64,000 nucleotides of DNA from Neoconidiobolus thromboides FSU 785 (GCA_025603075.1 MU626287.1:1-64000), one strand, 5' to 3'; numbered from the stretch's first letter, positions 1 through 12,940 are shown. Notes: a model not told the origin generated them from the letters alone. Translations and numbers: made by a program.

Positions 1-237
1 ATATAGGCTAAATCATTAATTTAACTCTAATAATATAGTATTATATGTACTTCAACATTTTTTCAATTTGTAAAATATTTGTTATGTTATTTCAAAAGAT
101 AGTTTTTTTATCTCATTTTTATACTTAATAAAATTCTAAGGATAAATAATCACATTCTAAAATATTTATTTACTAAGCAGTTTACAGTTTAATATTTGAA
201 ACGCATGTTCAAGCAGATTAGCAAATTTAGTTGTAAT

Positions 238-958
238 TTAATTTTTTGTAACGTAAACATTGATAGGTTCAATAGGCTGTGTAGTAATGAAATTCTTATA
301 GCGAATTACTTTTTCATTTTCTCTTTCAAAAGTAAAATTTCGTACTAAATTTGCAGTAACTAAATATAATTCCATCCAAGCCAAACTAATAAAAATTAGG
401 TACTACTTACAACATTTCTAATTAAACTTACGTCCTACCAACACATCCTCTGGGTCCTAATAAAAATGGCATAAAATTTGGATTACTTTGGAATTTTCCA
501 TTTTTTAGCCATCTTTTGGCGTTAAAATGGCTTGGATCCTTCCAATTCGATGGCAAATTATGTATAGAATTCATGCTTACACCAACAACTACCTAAAAAC
601 AATTATAATTTTGATTTTAAAATGTTGTTTAATTACCCCTTCTGGTATGAAATAACCATCTATTACTCTCCCTCCTTTAGGTACTAATCTTGGTGCATTG
701 CCACCAACTACTGGTATCATTCTTAATCCTTCGTGAATCACTGCATTAAGGTAATGACATTCAGATTTACATTTATTGTAAGTAATTAAATCCTTACCAG
801 AGAACACTGTACAAATTACTTCCCTAACTTTCTCATATCTATCTGGTTGACTTGACAATAAATAAAATATCCTACTTGTATTAAATAATGTTTAAAGGTT
901 AATAATAACTTTTGGTTACCATGCAAGGGAACATGAAGTAGTATTTATTCCTGCGCTA
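238..958 (-). pseudogene. Cytochrome P450, 3' half only (I-helix to C-terminus, 4 exons); 5' half not found
   Basis: Spliced translation: SAGINTTSCSLAW / ...EGLRMIP... (ExxR) / ...FLLGPRGCVGRT (heme Cys) / LAWMELYLVTANLVRNF...TKN*. Intron positions match the complete paralog at 22670-24652. Upstream of the acceptor at 958 I see only MITE copies and AT-rich DNA. Confidence 0.75.
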
Positions 959-1011
959 CTGTAAAAACACTATTTTTAACATTGAACATGTGTTTACATT
1001 TACAAATATAT

Positions 1012-1111
1012 GAGAATGTTTTTTTTTGGCTTCATCACTTTTCCCATCTTCTAAGTGCTATTTAAGTAGAAAAACTATCACTGAAACTCTTAAATATAAA
1101 AACACATCCCC
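1012..1111 (-). mobile_element. ~98-bp MITE copy
   Basis: Family consensus in reverse; ATAT direct repeat on both flanks. Confidence 0.85.
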
Positions 1112-1200
1112 ATATAGTTAATTGTATGTGACCTTTTATTTATGTTTGACTTCCATTTTGATTAAGTTAAACCAAGCTATGCTTTATATAGTTTTTATAT

Positions 1201-1298
1201 GGGCATGTATTTTTTTGTTTAAGAACTTTACCAACAATCTTTCCACTCATATAGCGTTTAAAAAGTGGAAAAAGTAATGAAACCAAAAAAACATCCCC
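1201..1298 (+). mobile_element. ~98-bp MITE copy
   Basis: GGGCATGT...ACATCCCC; ATAT on both flanks. Confidence 0.85.
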
Positions 1299-1322
1299 AT
1301 ATCTTTTTTAGTAGTAGTATAT

Positions 1323-1419
1323 GGGGTTATATTTTTATATTTAAGAGTTTCAGTGATAGTTTTTCTACTTAAATAGCACTTAGAAGATGGGAAAAGTGAT
1401 GAAGCTAAAAAACACTCTC
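1323..1419 (+). mobile_element. ~98-bp MITE copy (near-identical inverted twin of 1012-1111)
   Basis: GGGGTTAT...ACACTCTC; ATAT on both flanks; shares private variants with 1012-1111. Confidence 0.85.
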
Positions 1420-2011
1420 ATATAGTTATATTTCTGTTAAATAATTTTTATACTTTTAAGCTTAAAATTTAATTTATACAAAATAGTTTTTATAATTAAC
1501 AGTACATAAAAAATTAAATTTATTAGAGAACTATAAGTTATAATGAAAATTGCTTCAATATATAAGTTTAACTTTAAATTTATATATAGTGTTAATAGTT
1601 TAAGTAATGACAATATGAGTTATTACTTAAACAAAATATATTTTATTATTTTAAATGTTTTCAGAAGTAATTTATTAATATTGGTTGATTTAAAAGTTTG
1701 GTTCAATTTTTGCTCAATTTAGATTTGATAAAAACTGGGAATTAAGCATTTTGTATTATGAAGTTATTTGCTTTTTGCTTAACTTTAAAATTATTCACAG
1801 GAACGCTTTTTTATCCAATGTTTAGAAATCTTAAATGTGTACATTACACAAAAAATGGACAAGTGAATTCGAAAATTTTAGGCTTAATTTTAACTGAGCT
1901 TTACTACCCAATATAAGAGATGATGTGTATGACTGTTTATTTTCTTAATTGTTTTGTTCATTTTTGTCCAATGTAAAAAAGTAAAAAATACTGAACATTA
2001 AAACAAAATAC

Positions 2012-2110
2012 GGGGCTGTATTTTTATGTTTGAGAATTTTACTACTAAATTTTCCGCTTAAATAGCGCTTAAAAAATGGAAAAAGCAACAAAGTCAAAAA
2101 AAACACTCCC
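2012..2110 (+). mobile_element. ~98-bp MITE copy
   Basis: GGGGCTGT...ACACTCCC; non-palindromic ATAC directly repeated on both flanks. Confidence 0.9.
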
Positions 2111-2783
2111 ATACATTTGAACTAAAATCAAATAAAATTAAGGAAAAAGTTTAATATTTATGTTGTTTATATTATGTTTATTGAAAGTTGAACCTTGAAA
2201 TTTTTATATCAGCTTGTTTAAACGTTTTTTTGATATAAGTCAATAGGTTTGAGAAACCCGTATTAAAGCTTTAGCTTTTTAATACAACTATTAATATCAA
2301 ATAAGTCAAGTTTCTTTACCCTTAAAAGGCTGAAGCCTTGTCTTTCATCATCTAAAATAAAAATAAAAAGTGGGTCAGTATACTTAGGGAAAAGAAATCA
2401 TTAAGAAGATTTATTAAATGATTTTAGTCCAAGTATAAAAATATAACTTTATATGATAGCAATGTTTCTTGTAATGCAAATTGAATTAAAAGTAGATTAT
2501 TGTGACTATAACTAAATTTTAATAGCTAGTTATTTTAAGCATAGCTAAACTAAAATAAATACATGGAATTAATTACAGAGTTTAATATCTAAATAAGGCA
2601 ATATTTGGAATGCTATATAAAGCCTCATATCGAAATTTCAACCCCAATTATCATAGCAATAAGGTTAACAAAAATATTTAATTATAAAAAAAATATAATT
2701 GTTAACTAAAATACATTAGCATTATATTTATGACTGCGTGAATCACCTCATTAGCACAAAATCGCATTATTTCTATAACAACG

Positions 2784-4535
2784 TCAGTCAATTTGAATTA
2801 GTTCCTCATCTTGAGGCAAAGTAGAATCATTTTCCTTCAATTTACTGTGGGACCTGAGCGAATACCTTGTATCTAAAAGTGTTAAAAAACAATTTGACTG
2901 AAAAATTTAAATTACTCTTGTTAATGATGACGATAGACTCAGGTTTCTTAGATATTTCTTTTCGTTTGTTGTCCAGTACTTTTGGCTTTGACATACCTAC
3001 ATCCTTTAAATTACTTTGTTCCTTTATGACCTCAACGTTCTCATCACTAAGCTCTTTGATAGACGATAATTTTCTTTTTGGGAGCTTAATACTAGTTATT
3101 TTATTGCTTATTTTAGTTGAAATTGATGAAGTGATAGAAAGCTGAGTCTTCCTTTTAACTTCTTTATCCCTTGTGTTCTCGAAACTTGCAGTGAGAGGAA
3201 GAGTTGAACTGCTTTTTCTCGATTTTAATTCTCTGTCAAGAGTCATCATTTCTTCATCAAAATCCAAATCATCTAAGGCATCGACTACTAAATCACCAAA
3301 CTGCATTGATGGTAGTCGTCCAGTAATAGCAGAGGTTGCTCTTCGATATCTATTATTACTATTTGGTGTATGTCCTGAGCGTATCGTTACTGATGGAGAA
3401 ATGTAATTACTTTCTACATTCTCTTCAATGCTGGAAACTTCTGAATTTTCTGAACTCTCAGGAATTGCAGGAGATTTCAAATCAAGAGTTTTTTTAGCAC
3501 GACACACAGTAGCTGATGCAGATCTTCTTAAAGTTGGAGCATTACAGTATTTTAAAAACAGAGGTTCAACCTTTTCTACCCAGTTATCCGTTTTGACTTG
3601 GAAATGGTAGTCTACAACATCATCCCATTCAGAACTACTTACTTCACCAAGATTAACGAATACCACCATGCCATTTTTAAAAGAGTGTACAATTTTGGCA
3701 GCTTCTTTCACTAATTTTTTGCATCCAGGAATTTTCAATGAAGTACCCATAATTAATAAGAAATCCGGTTTTTTTCTAAGGTCTTTAACTTGTAAATTAC
3801 CTATTAGATCCCCCTCTGGGTGGTGTTCATTGTATAGTACAATATCTGGCCTTAAGGTACCTTGGGGAAAAGTACGCTTCCCTCTTTCTATCCTATCTTT
3901 GGATATATTTTCGCAAGTTGGGCAAACCGGAGGTTGGCCTTTCATAAAGTCTTTCATATACTCTTTGGAAAATTCGAACTTATGGCTAACTGGTGCCAAA
4001 GTACATATTACTCTAGACATAGAACCATGCAATTGAACTACTTGGGCTTGTTGAGGATCGGGCTTTAATTCGGTATTTAGGGTCAACCCTAATTCTAAAT
4101 CATCAATGTTTTGAGTATAGCATCTTAATAACTTTTTAGAATCATATAAACGTTTTATAAATCCATGTGTTTGAGTAAATTTGCATTTCAAAATCTTGCT
4201 TTTAAATTTGCCCATAAATTTGTAAAACACATGTGTAGCCTCACGACTTTTAAATAAATTAGCATCAAATAAATCCTTTCCATGTGATATTATGTGTGAA
4301 TTCTCTTTTTTCAGGCTATTAAACAATCCATCTTTAGAGCGAAAATCCTAATTAAGCGTTTAGTTTTAAATGATGTAAAGATTAGCACCCCTACCGGTAT
4401 CCCTGCAGATTGTGATATACCTGCCCCAGTTATAACCATACATCTATTACTTTTTGACAATGCCTTGGAGACCTTTGAATAGCACTCTTCATTGAATTTA
4501 TCAAAAAGTTGCTCTCCATTTATTTTTACTACCAT
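2784..4535 (-). CDS. HST3/HST4: Sir2-family NAD-dependent deacetylase, Hst3/Hst4-like
   Basis: ITGAGISQSAGIP|DFRS across intron 4394-4348; YTQNIDDLE; QLHG; PDIVLYNEHHP; LLIMGTSLKIPG. A small terminal exon is inferred (stop at 2784-2786); the unspliced ORF ends at 2842. Confidence 0.9.
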
Positions 4536-5303
4536 CTTTGTTGGTTGATAAATATCATACAGTTATTTTCTTAAAAGGTAAATAATTAAATTTCACATAT
4601 AAGCAGTGTTTTGTCAATTTTTGCAGATGAGGAGTATCATTTATAAAACTTATTTTTTAGAATAGTTCTTAAAAGTGTTAGAGTGTACAACTATTTTATT
4701 GGTTATATAAAATAAATGAAAGCTTCAGATAAGTTATTATGGAGGAACAGGGCCGAGGAAACTGTGTAGTCCCTAAAGCCAGGATATAGTGATAACTTTT
4801 ATATCTTAGTTTTTAAGTGCTTTAAAACAAATTTAAGGAAACCTCATCTATGAAAATAATAGCTGTAATGATTAATTAATGAGTATCCATACTATTGGGC
4901 GAAATATTCTCATTTATAAAAATGAGTGCCCAACTGTTTTATTCTGTAATTTTAATTCTAGCCTAAAAACAGGTATTAATATACTAATTTTTGTATTCAA
5001 AATTTCAATTATTCACTACTATATTGCTATATTTCATCTAACTTCTCAACCATTTATATTTAAATTTGTAAGAGTATAAATTAAGTAAAAAAGTACACTT
5101 TATAGCCCTGAGTCCAAATACAAACTTTATTAATACCAAACTCTATAACTGTTAAACTTGGTCATAATGAAAACATCTTAAGATTAAGTTATATTAGCTA
5201 CCTCAAAGTAACAATAAAATTTTTACTTGAATGCAATTATTATAATATATGCTTAATAATTTTATTATCATTTGCTACTTACATATTAAATAATATAAGT
5301 GCT

Positions 5304-6469
5304 TTACTGTTTTCTTTTCCTTCCTCTTTTCTTTTTAGGTACATCCTCTTTAATAGAACTTTGATTGCCTTCTGGGTAATTATTAGCGGTTTGATCTTTT
5401 TCGATTACAAGACTATGTTCTAAATCAGGCATTATATGCGTCTCTTTTGGCTTTAATTCTATATTGGCTGCTTCCTTTACGCTTTCATATTCTTCTGAGT
5501 AATGATCAGGGCTATAGTGACGTCTATTATATACCTGTCTATGCTTCGAATAAACAGGCGTTTGATGGTATATTTCATCATTATAGTTGATATTATTTGG
5601 AGGTAGGTATGCCAGAGCCGGTGGCGGTGGCATTGGAGTGTAATAACCGTATTGTGGAAAAACCGCAGGACGATGTAATTGCTTTTCCATATCTTTTATT
5701 TGAACCGGTTTAAACTACCCAGTAAATATACAAATAAGTTACCTATGAATATATGTTTATTAGCTTCATAATTCATTATTTTGGTATTTGGCATAGAACT
5801 TTTTTTGATTTTCATTCCCTTTATAAACTATTATATAATATATCTTAACATTAAACCAATATACTTGTTTATCTGTATCATCGCTTTCATCTATTAAAGA
5901 ATTAATATTATTGCAAAACAAAAAACATTAACTACTATGTTCATCATCCTCAGTGTCAATTTCCTTATTTACTAAATCTTCTTTTATTTGTTTAACCTTA
6001 TCCGATCTCAATCTTGGTACATTATTAAGATCTGTAAAAAGTTGACGAAACTCTAGCTTAACTAAATAATAAGAATTAAAGATTTATACAATAAATTAAT
6101 ACGCTCATTTTTTATACTATTTTTTAATTCTTTGAAATAAGGATCTAAAATTGAGCGAAAATAGTTTTCTTTATTTTCCGGATTCTCAACTTTTTTGATT
6201 AATTCTTTCAAAGTACTTTTATTCCGTTTGACATCTAACCCTATTAACGAAAGTTGGTTCATTAGATAGAGATCAAAGTTAGTTTCATTTTCAGTTCCAT
6301 TTTTGTTATTATCTTTCTTTTTAGCTTTTGGCTTTTGGTCTATAACCAACTCCTTAAATAAATCCTCCGGCTTTAAACTAGCAACATATATTAAACAAAC
6401 TAGAAATGAAATAAATTGTTTATTACAACGAAAGCCTTTGGATCTCATCCTTCTTTGGCTAGAAACCAT
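5304..6469 (-). CDS. Hypothetical multi-exon protein (charged N-terminal part, Pro/Tyr-rich segment, basic C-terminus KKRGRKRKQ)
   Basis: ORFs 6062-6469 and 5304-5690 can be linked through small GT-AG exons around 5730-6050; no family recognised. Confidence 0.5.
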
Positions 6470-6703
6470 TGTTAATTGTTCTTTATAAGTAATACTTATT
6501 ATACTTTATTTTTATCTGGATTTTCCATATTTAAGGAATAAAGCTAAGGTTTTTTACGAAATGCTTTTTTAATAAATCATTGTATTAAGCCAAGTTTTAT
6601 GCAAGCTCTATTTGGCAATCGATTGCATAAAATGATTTTATTAGCATTTAAATCTAAGTTTTTAAAAGTAATTACTTTAAAATCCAAGTTCAAATTAGAC
6701 TAT

Positions 6704-6799
6704 GGGGATGTTTTTTCGTGCTTAAGAATTTCACTAACAAATTTTCCACTCAAATAGTGCTTAAAGATGGAAAAAGTAATGAGGACAAAAAACACACCC
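6704..6799 (+). mobile_element. ~98-bp MITE copy
   Basis: GGGGATGT...ACACACCC with full internal consensus; TSD ambiguous. Confidence 0.85.
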
Positions 6800-7337
6800 T
6801 ATGTTAGATTTTGAATTAATGATATTTTAATATTTTTACCAAAATTCATAATAAAAATATCAAAGTGAACTTTATATAGTACAAAAGTCTTAGATCTTGA
6901 TCTTGTCTTCGTTTCTGATTTACTTAAATTACTAGCTATAATTGTCAAAATGATTAGTTAAAAATAAAGGAAACAATAAAAATCCTCAACATATTAAAAA
7001 TATAAAAATCATATTTTATTTTGATAAAATTTTTTTAATATATATCGAAGTAGTATATAAACAATTAAAAATTTATTGATTTTAAACAATGCAGTTAATT
7101 AAAAATTTAAATCTTATTTTTAAAAACTGTTTGATATTGTAGTATTAAAAAGCAGGATTAAAAAATAAATGGAGAAGGGTCAATAAGATGACTTCCCAGA
7201 CTCATTTAAAAATATTATTAATGTAGATTTGAGCTAGAATCTAATGGGAATGAAAGTTTGGTTAAATAAAAGGTTGAAAATGAAGATAAGACGTAATATG
7301 TTCTATTGACTTGTTAATAATAGCTTAATTATTATTT

Positions 7338-10300
7338 CTAATGTAATCCTTTCCAAGCACTACTTTCTTTGATACTTGGTACAAGAAATTTAATCTTACT
7401 ATCATCACATAATTTTTCTAATTTAGCAACTTCCCTATCTTTAGGGTTATAAAGCATCGTAATATCACAATTATCTTCGAACTCTTTAATTAACGTTGCT
7501 TCGTCTGATTTTTTCAATCTCTCCTCTATGTAAGCAACAAAAAACTTTGGACCAGGTGGGAAGGGGCTAGGATATTCAGATAATGGCTCGGCTAATTCTA
7601 TCAATTGAGCTAAACTAATAGAATAAGTTGTAAGGAATAGTGACATGTAAGTAAATGCGAATGGCACATCTGAACATAAATCTTCAAGTAAAGGCATGAA
7701 TTTCTTGGCCCCTGCAATAAAATCTTCTTTAGTGACAACTCCTTCCTTATTGAGCACTTCCAAAAGTCCAGCTACGCTTTCAACCTCAGGCTTCTTCTTC
7801 TCAATTGCATAAGCAATCATCTTATTTATTACTTCATCATAGCAGTTATATCCATCAAATTCTTTAGCAGTAAGAAGTGCTTCTTTGATATCCTTTGAAT
7901 TCAAATATTCGTCTACTAATGTCTTAGCCTTTCTTTCGATGAGCTCTGGCTCCATCGATTTAGAAGTTTGCTCCTCAGTAGTTTCAGCACTTGATGGCTT
8001 ACGCAAAAGGTTAACAGAAGGCCTTGTTGGTGAAGCTTTAGGTTCATTATCAGCCAACATATCAAAGATATTACTATTTGTAATATTAGGTCTTTTTTGT
8101 TGAGTGGTAGGTTCGCGACCTACAGGTTTGCTACTACCAAGGGAATTAAACACTGAGCTAGGACCAAAGCTGAGAGTACTAGAAGCTGTTTTGGTTTTTG
8201 ATAAGTTACCAAATCCAGAAAGATCACCAATCTTAGTACGTGACGATGGTAAACTATTTCCACTTACTGAATTCCATCCATCGCTACGCTTATTATCTTT
8301 ATCAAACGATGGTTTATTTGGTGAATTAAGTGGTGGTAACCCTCTACCTCCAGAACTATGTTGACGACGGACTTTATCTTGCTTATTTTTCTCTTCGGAT
8401 TCACGAGCAGCATCATCTTTAATTTGTTGTAAAGTTTTTGGTGTATCGCTCTTACCAGTTTGCCATTTATTTTTTCTCAAGTCAATCAAATCAAGTAGCA
8501 TAAAGCGAATACGTTGTGAAAGCTTTTTGCTCTTACTAAGTTCTTGGATTTGTTCAAAATATTTGTTTACAAATGGCTTGTTCTTTATTGTATCTAATTG
8601 TTTACCAATTGTACTAAAGAGTTTTGATAAACTTTCAACTTCTTCATCATCAGGATCATCATCCAAAAGTCTTCTAATACAATAGTGCATAATTTTCTCA
8701 GTAAGCATATTAAGCTTGAAAACCTCACCAATGAATCTTATAAGACCTAATCCTTGACGTTTAGCTTTTGCAAGCTTATAATATTCATCTGACATCATAT
8801 CGCTTTCTTGTAACTCTTGCATACCCTCAACTTTCCATCCTTTTTCAAACTCTTTCTGACATCTAGTAAGAATATATTTTCTGAAAAGATTACCACCTCT
8901 GGTATATTCATTATCCTTACTACGAACTTCTTCATCAATAATATCGCTGTTAAGCTCCACTTGCATTCTTTGACATAATTTTGCATACATTGCTGAGAAA
9001 TTTGGTTCATCACATGCTTTTTCAAAGATAAGTTGAATAACAGTTTTTAATGTAAAACCGTCCTTTTCTTTAACTGATTCATTAGCAAGTTCAATAATTT
9101 GAGAAGAGATTGAATCAAATTTTTCAAGGGTAAGTTTGTTAAGTAAGGATTTAGTTTTACGCGTAACTTGGGCTTCTTTATCGTCATCATCTTTCTTCTT
9201 AGGTATCCAACGGTTTTCAGATTTTTCAAGTGGTACTACTTGATCCAAAGGAATGGTTGGGCCACCTTGTGAATTATTATGCTTTCCACCTCTACCACCA
9301 CGATTGGAACGATTTCTGGATTCTTTGTGCCCTCCTAATTGGCTAGACAAACCTGGAAGATGACCTCCACTTGAAGTACGTCCTCCCATTTGGCCTCTAC
9401 CAGATTGATCACCACGCATTTGCATGTTTGAAAGTTTAAATCTTTCTTCGCTATTACGAGGCTTAGAGAAATCGCCTGAATCATTCTTTGAGCTACCACG
9501 TGAAGAATTCATCCTACGATGCATACCACGACGATCATTACTATCTTGACGCATTTGATCATCATTTGCAATAGCATCAAGGTTCTTCATTTCTTGAGGT
9601 TTATCGATACACATCTCCTTAAATTGTAATAAAAAGGATCTATCGTATCTAAACATACCATCTGGTAAGTTAGGACGGTTGATATTTGGAGGATAGCTAA
9701 CTTGTTCAAAAAACTCTGTGGTGCGTGGAGAAGGACTAGCTATATTTGGACTATAAAGTCCAGCAGATCCGAGATTCAAAGAACCAAGTCTTTGAAGAGG
9801 AGGTTTACCTTTTGTCTCAATAGATAAACCAGTTTTATTTAACCTAGAAGAATCTGAGTCATTTCTTACAACCCCATTAAAACCTGGAGGTTTGGACCCA
9901 AATCCAGGTGGCGCACTGCTTTTAGTTCCTGTATTAATTTCGCCAGCAGGTTTTTCAGCTTCTTGTGGTACAGCAGCAGTTTCCTTTGATTCAACAGATA
10001 CCTCCTTTGACGCAGTTTCTTTTGATTCAGGCTCCTTAACTACTTCGGTTTGTTGAGCTACAGTTTCCGGTTTAGTAGGTTCAGTTGATGCGACGGCTGG
10101 CTTAGTTCCAGCTCTTACCGCTCTCTTTGGTTTAGCTTTGGTAAGAACAACAGTTTCCGTTTTAGCTGAAATTATCGTTGGCTCTTCGATCTTTGGTTCA
10201 GTCTCAGCTGGTTTAGATTCAATTGGTTTAGATTCAATTGGCTTAGATTCAATTGGTTTAGATTCAATTGGTTTAGATTCAATTGGCTTAGATTCAATTG

Positions 10301-12148
10301 GCTTGGGCTCAAGGATTTCTTTTGAGCTATTTTCATTATTTGAATCATTTGGTTGTGCCTTAACTTTATCATTAGTTTCAGGCATGTTTTTAACTGAATC
10401 TTTTGCTGTAGAACTTTTGTCTTTTAGCTCAACCTCGTTTGTGTTTTTAATTGGAGCAACATTCTCACCCTTTAACTTATCATCACTAACGTTTTTAATA
10501 GGTGTCTCAACTTTGGTATCCACGTTTTTATTTATATCACCATTGATAGAAACGCTAGCTTCCTTTTTAATGTTTTGATGAACAGCTACTTTTTCAGGTT
10601 CTTTATCTTTAGGTATTTCTTTAATTTCTGCTTCAACCTTCTTTTTAGTTTCAACTTTGTCACTGGTTTTTACTTCTTTAACTTCAGGTTTTTTCTCTTG
10701 TTTAGTTGAATCAGATTTACTTACATCAGTTAATTCTTTGGTCTTCTCTTGAACTTTATCTGAAGTCTCATTTTTAACTACAGGTGTTTCAGAAGAAAGG
10801 GGTTCTTTAGGAACTGGTTTTGATATACGAACTATTACAGGTGGTGTTGGAGTTGTTGGGGTAGTAATTGGAGTTGCTTCTTTATTAGCATTAGCAGGTG
10901 CAACAACCTGTGCCTTTGTAAGTGGATTTATAATTTTGATTGCCTTACTTGTCTTATTACCAGGTACAAATGGTAAAGCATTAGTGTTAAGATGCGGCGT
11001 TACACCTTGGTTTGGTGGTACCATATTATTGTGAGGTGGCATGACAGGATATGGCTGTATAAAGCCAGGGAAATGTGGATAATTTGGGTCAAAATGAGGT
11101 GTAGGATATCCATGGTAATAAGGAGATGACCAGTTTCCACCTGGACCATTAGGCCCAGGGTTACCTGGGCTACTATTTTGTTGGAACCCACCTGGTGAGC
11201 TATGAATACCACCTTTTCCACTTCTTTGTCCAGATGAATAACTGGATTGAGAATTAGGCGAGCCTCCTGGGATATTGTTTTGATAAGTTGGCTTAACTCC
11301 CCATTGTAGTTGACCAGGGCCTTGTGGTGAAAATTGTGGATATGGTCCCTGAGGATATGGATGATTAGTAGCAGGTACAAAAGGTGATTTGTTAAAGTTA
11401 GGTGGCATTGAATTAGGGTGTGGTGCGCCAGATGTGAAAGGTTGATTATGTGTGAAAGTATTAGGATTTGATTGTGATTGTTGTTCATTATTAATAATAG
11501 CTGGATTCTTTGAATATACACCGTGAGTTGGATCATTAACTATTTTTATTTAATTTACCATTTAATAAATATAAAAGAATTACCTTTTGGGTCTTTTTCT
11601 ATTAACTTTGATTTATTAGGCAATATAGGCGCCGTTATTATAAGTTTATCCGATACACTAAGTTTTTCTAACCCAGATCCAAAAGTAATTTTAGCAAAAT
11701 CAACTTGTTTATTTTCATAAAACTCTAACTTTGGAAAAGATTCTGCTTTAATATCATCAAAAAAACCAAATATAACTTTTTTATTTTCTTAAATAAATTA
11801 GTAAATTGTTTTTTACAAATACATTTAATTTCAATACCTATTTTTCTTTCTGGTTCTGGCAACCTTAGATTAGCCGAAGCTAAAATTTCATCAATAGTAT
11901 CATTATTACTAAAATTTATTATTAAATTGAGTCTGAGTTTAAACAATGAGTTACCTTTTCGTTTCTGATACTTGTGTTTTATTTTTATTTTCTTTTGACC
12001 TATCATTATTACTTGAAGGTAATGCTTCAGCTTTACTATTAGATGCTTTAATTTGTTTAGCAGTTTGTGCATAACTAACTAAAGCAGGCTGCTGCTTATT
12101 GACAGCAGGTATAGCTCCAGAATTGGAGGAACGATTATTTCTACTCAT
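7338..12148 (-). CDS. TIF4631/eIF4G: Eukaryotic translation initiation factor 4G
   Basis: eIF4E-binding motif YDRSFLL; MIF4G domain (LLNKLTLEKFD..., LGLIRFIGEVFK); C-terminal MA3-like helical domain. Small 5' exons between 11540 and 12148 are inferred. Confidence 0.92.
10210..10299 (-). repeat. 15-bp coding minisatellite x6 encoding (PIESK)6 in eIF4G
   Basis: GG(T/C)TTAGATTCAATT repeated six times. Confidence 0.95.
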
Positions 12149-12172
12149 GATTTTACTAAATCTTATTAGGAC

Positions 12173-12219
12173 CTATCAGAATCAATAAATTTAGATAAAA
12201 ATAGATGACAATTACTTAC
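12173..12219 (-). other. Probable 5'-UTR intron of eIF4G
   Basis: GTAAGT ... CTGAT..TAG, 47 nt, ending 25 nt upstream of the ATG. Confidence 0.5.
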
Positions 12220-12838
12220 CGAAGATTGATCTCAATGAAGTTGAGTTCAATACAAAGATCAAATATACTACTTAATTTAACCCTAATTTGTATGGGTTAA
12301 AGAGACAGATCAATTTCACTTTTTAAATTTGCTGAGTTTTTAATTCAATAGCTTAACCATTCCTGATAAAGTTACCAATCATAAGGCCTTACGCCAAAAA
12401 AAGAATTGGCTTAACCAATTAAAATTCATTTATATTATCACATTAGATTATAAATGGCCTAAACTTTCTATTGTCTTTATCCCATAAAATATTTTCTCAT
12501 AAGCTTAAATTATGAAATATTTTAATGAAATAAACTTCCAATCCCATCTCCCCAAAAATAATCGACTTATTATCATTGGTGGAATTCAAGATTAGTTTTC
12601 ATCTCATAAGTATGTTCGGACTATTGAATTTTAGTTACAAAATTAAGCATAATAAATTTAGGCTCAATAAAAATCATCATAGAAACAGAATTTAAAGTAA
12701 TCTTTAGAGTTTGACACTTTGTTTCACTGTAATTTCAAACAAAAATTAACAGGTTATAATAGAGATAGTCTACAAATGTTGGGAAGTAATTTTTCGTTTA
12801 AACTCCTAGTGTATTAACAACTTTTAATAATAATATAT

Positions 12839-12936
12839 GAAGGTATTTTTTTGGCTTTATCACTTTTTCTATCTTTTAAACGCTATTTCAGTGGAAAATC
12901 TGTTAGTAAAATTTCTAAACACAAAAATACATCCCC
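12839..12936 (-). mobile_element. ~98-bp MITE copy
   Basis: Reverse consensus; ATAT on both flanks. Confidence 0.85.
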
Positions 12937-12940
12937 ATAT

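Noticed and set aside
2008-2114. Tc1/mariner (Stowaway-like) assignment from apparent TA flanks
   Set aside because: Direct repeats of ATAC, ATTT and AAAT show a 4-bp duplication; TA is just part of the commonest target ATAT.
2867-4068. Plus-strand ORFs opposite the sirtuin
   Set aside because: Antisense shadows of a well-supported gene; no motifs.
7885-11720. Antisense and alternate-frame ORFs in eIF4G, including (GLDSI)n
   Set aside because: Shadow frames of the eIF4G coding sequence and its minisatellite.
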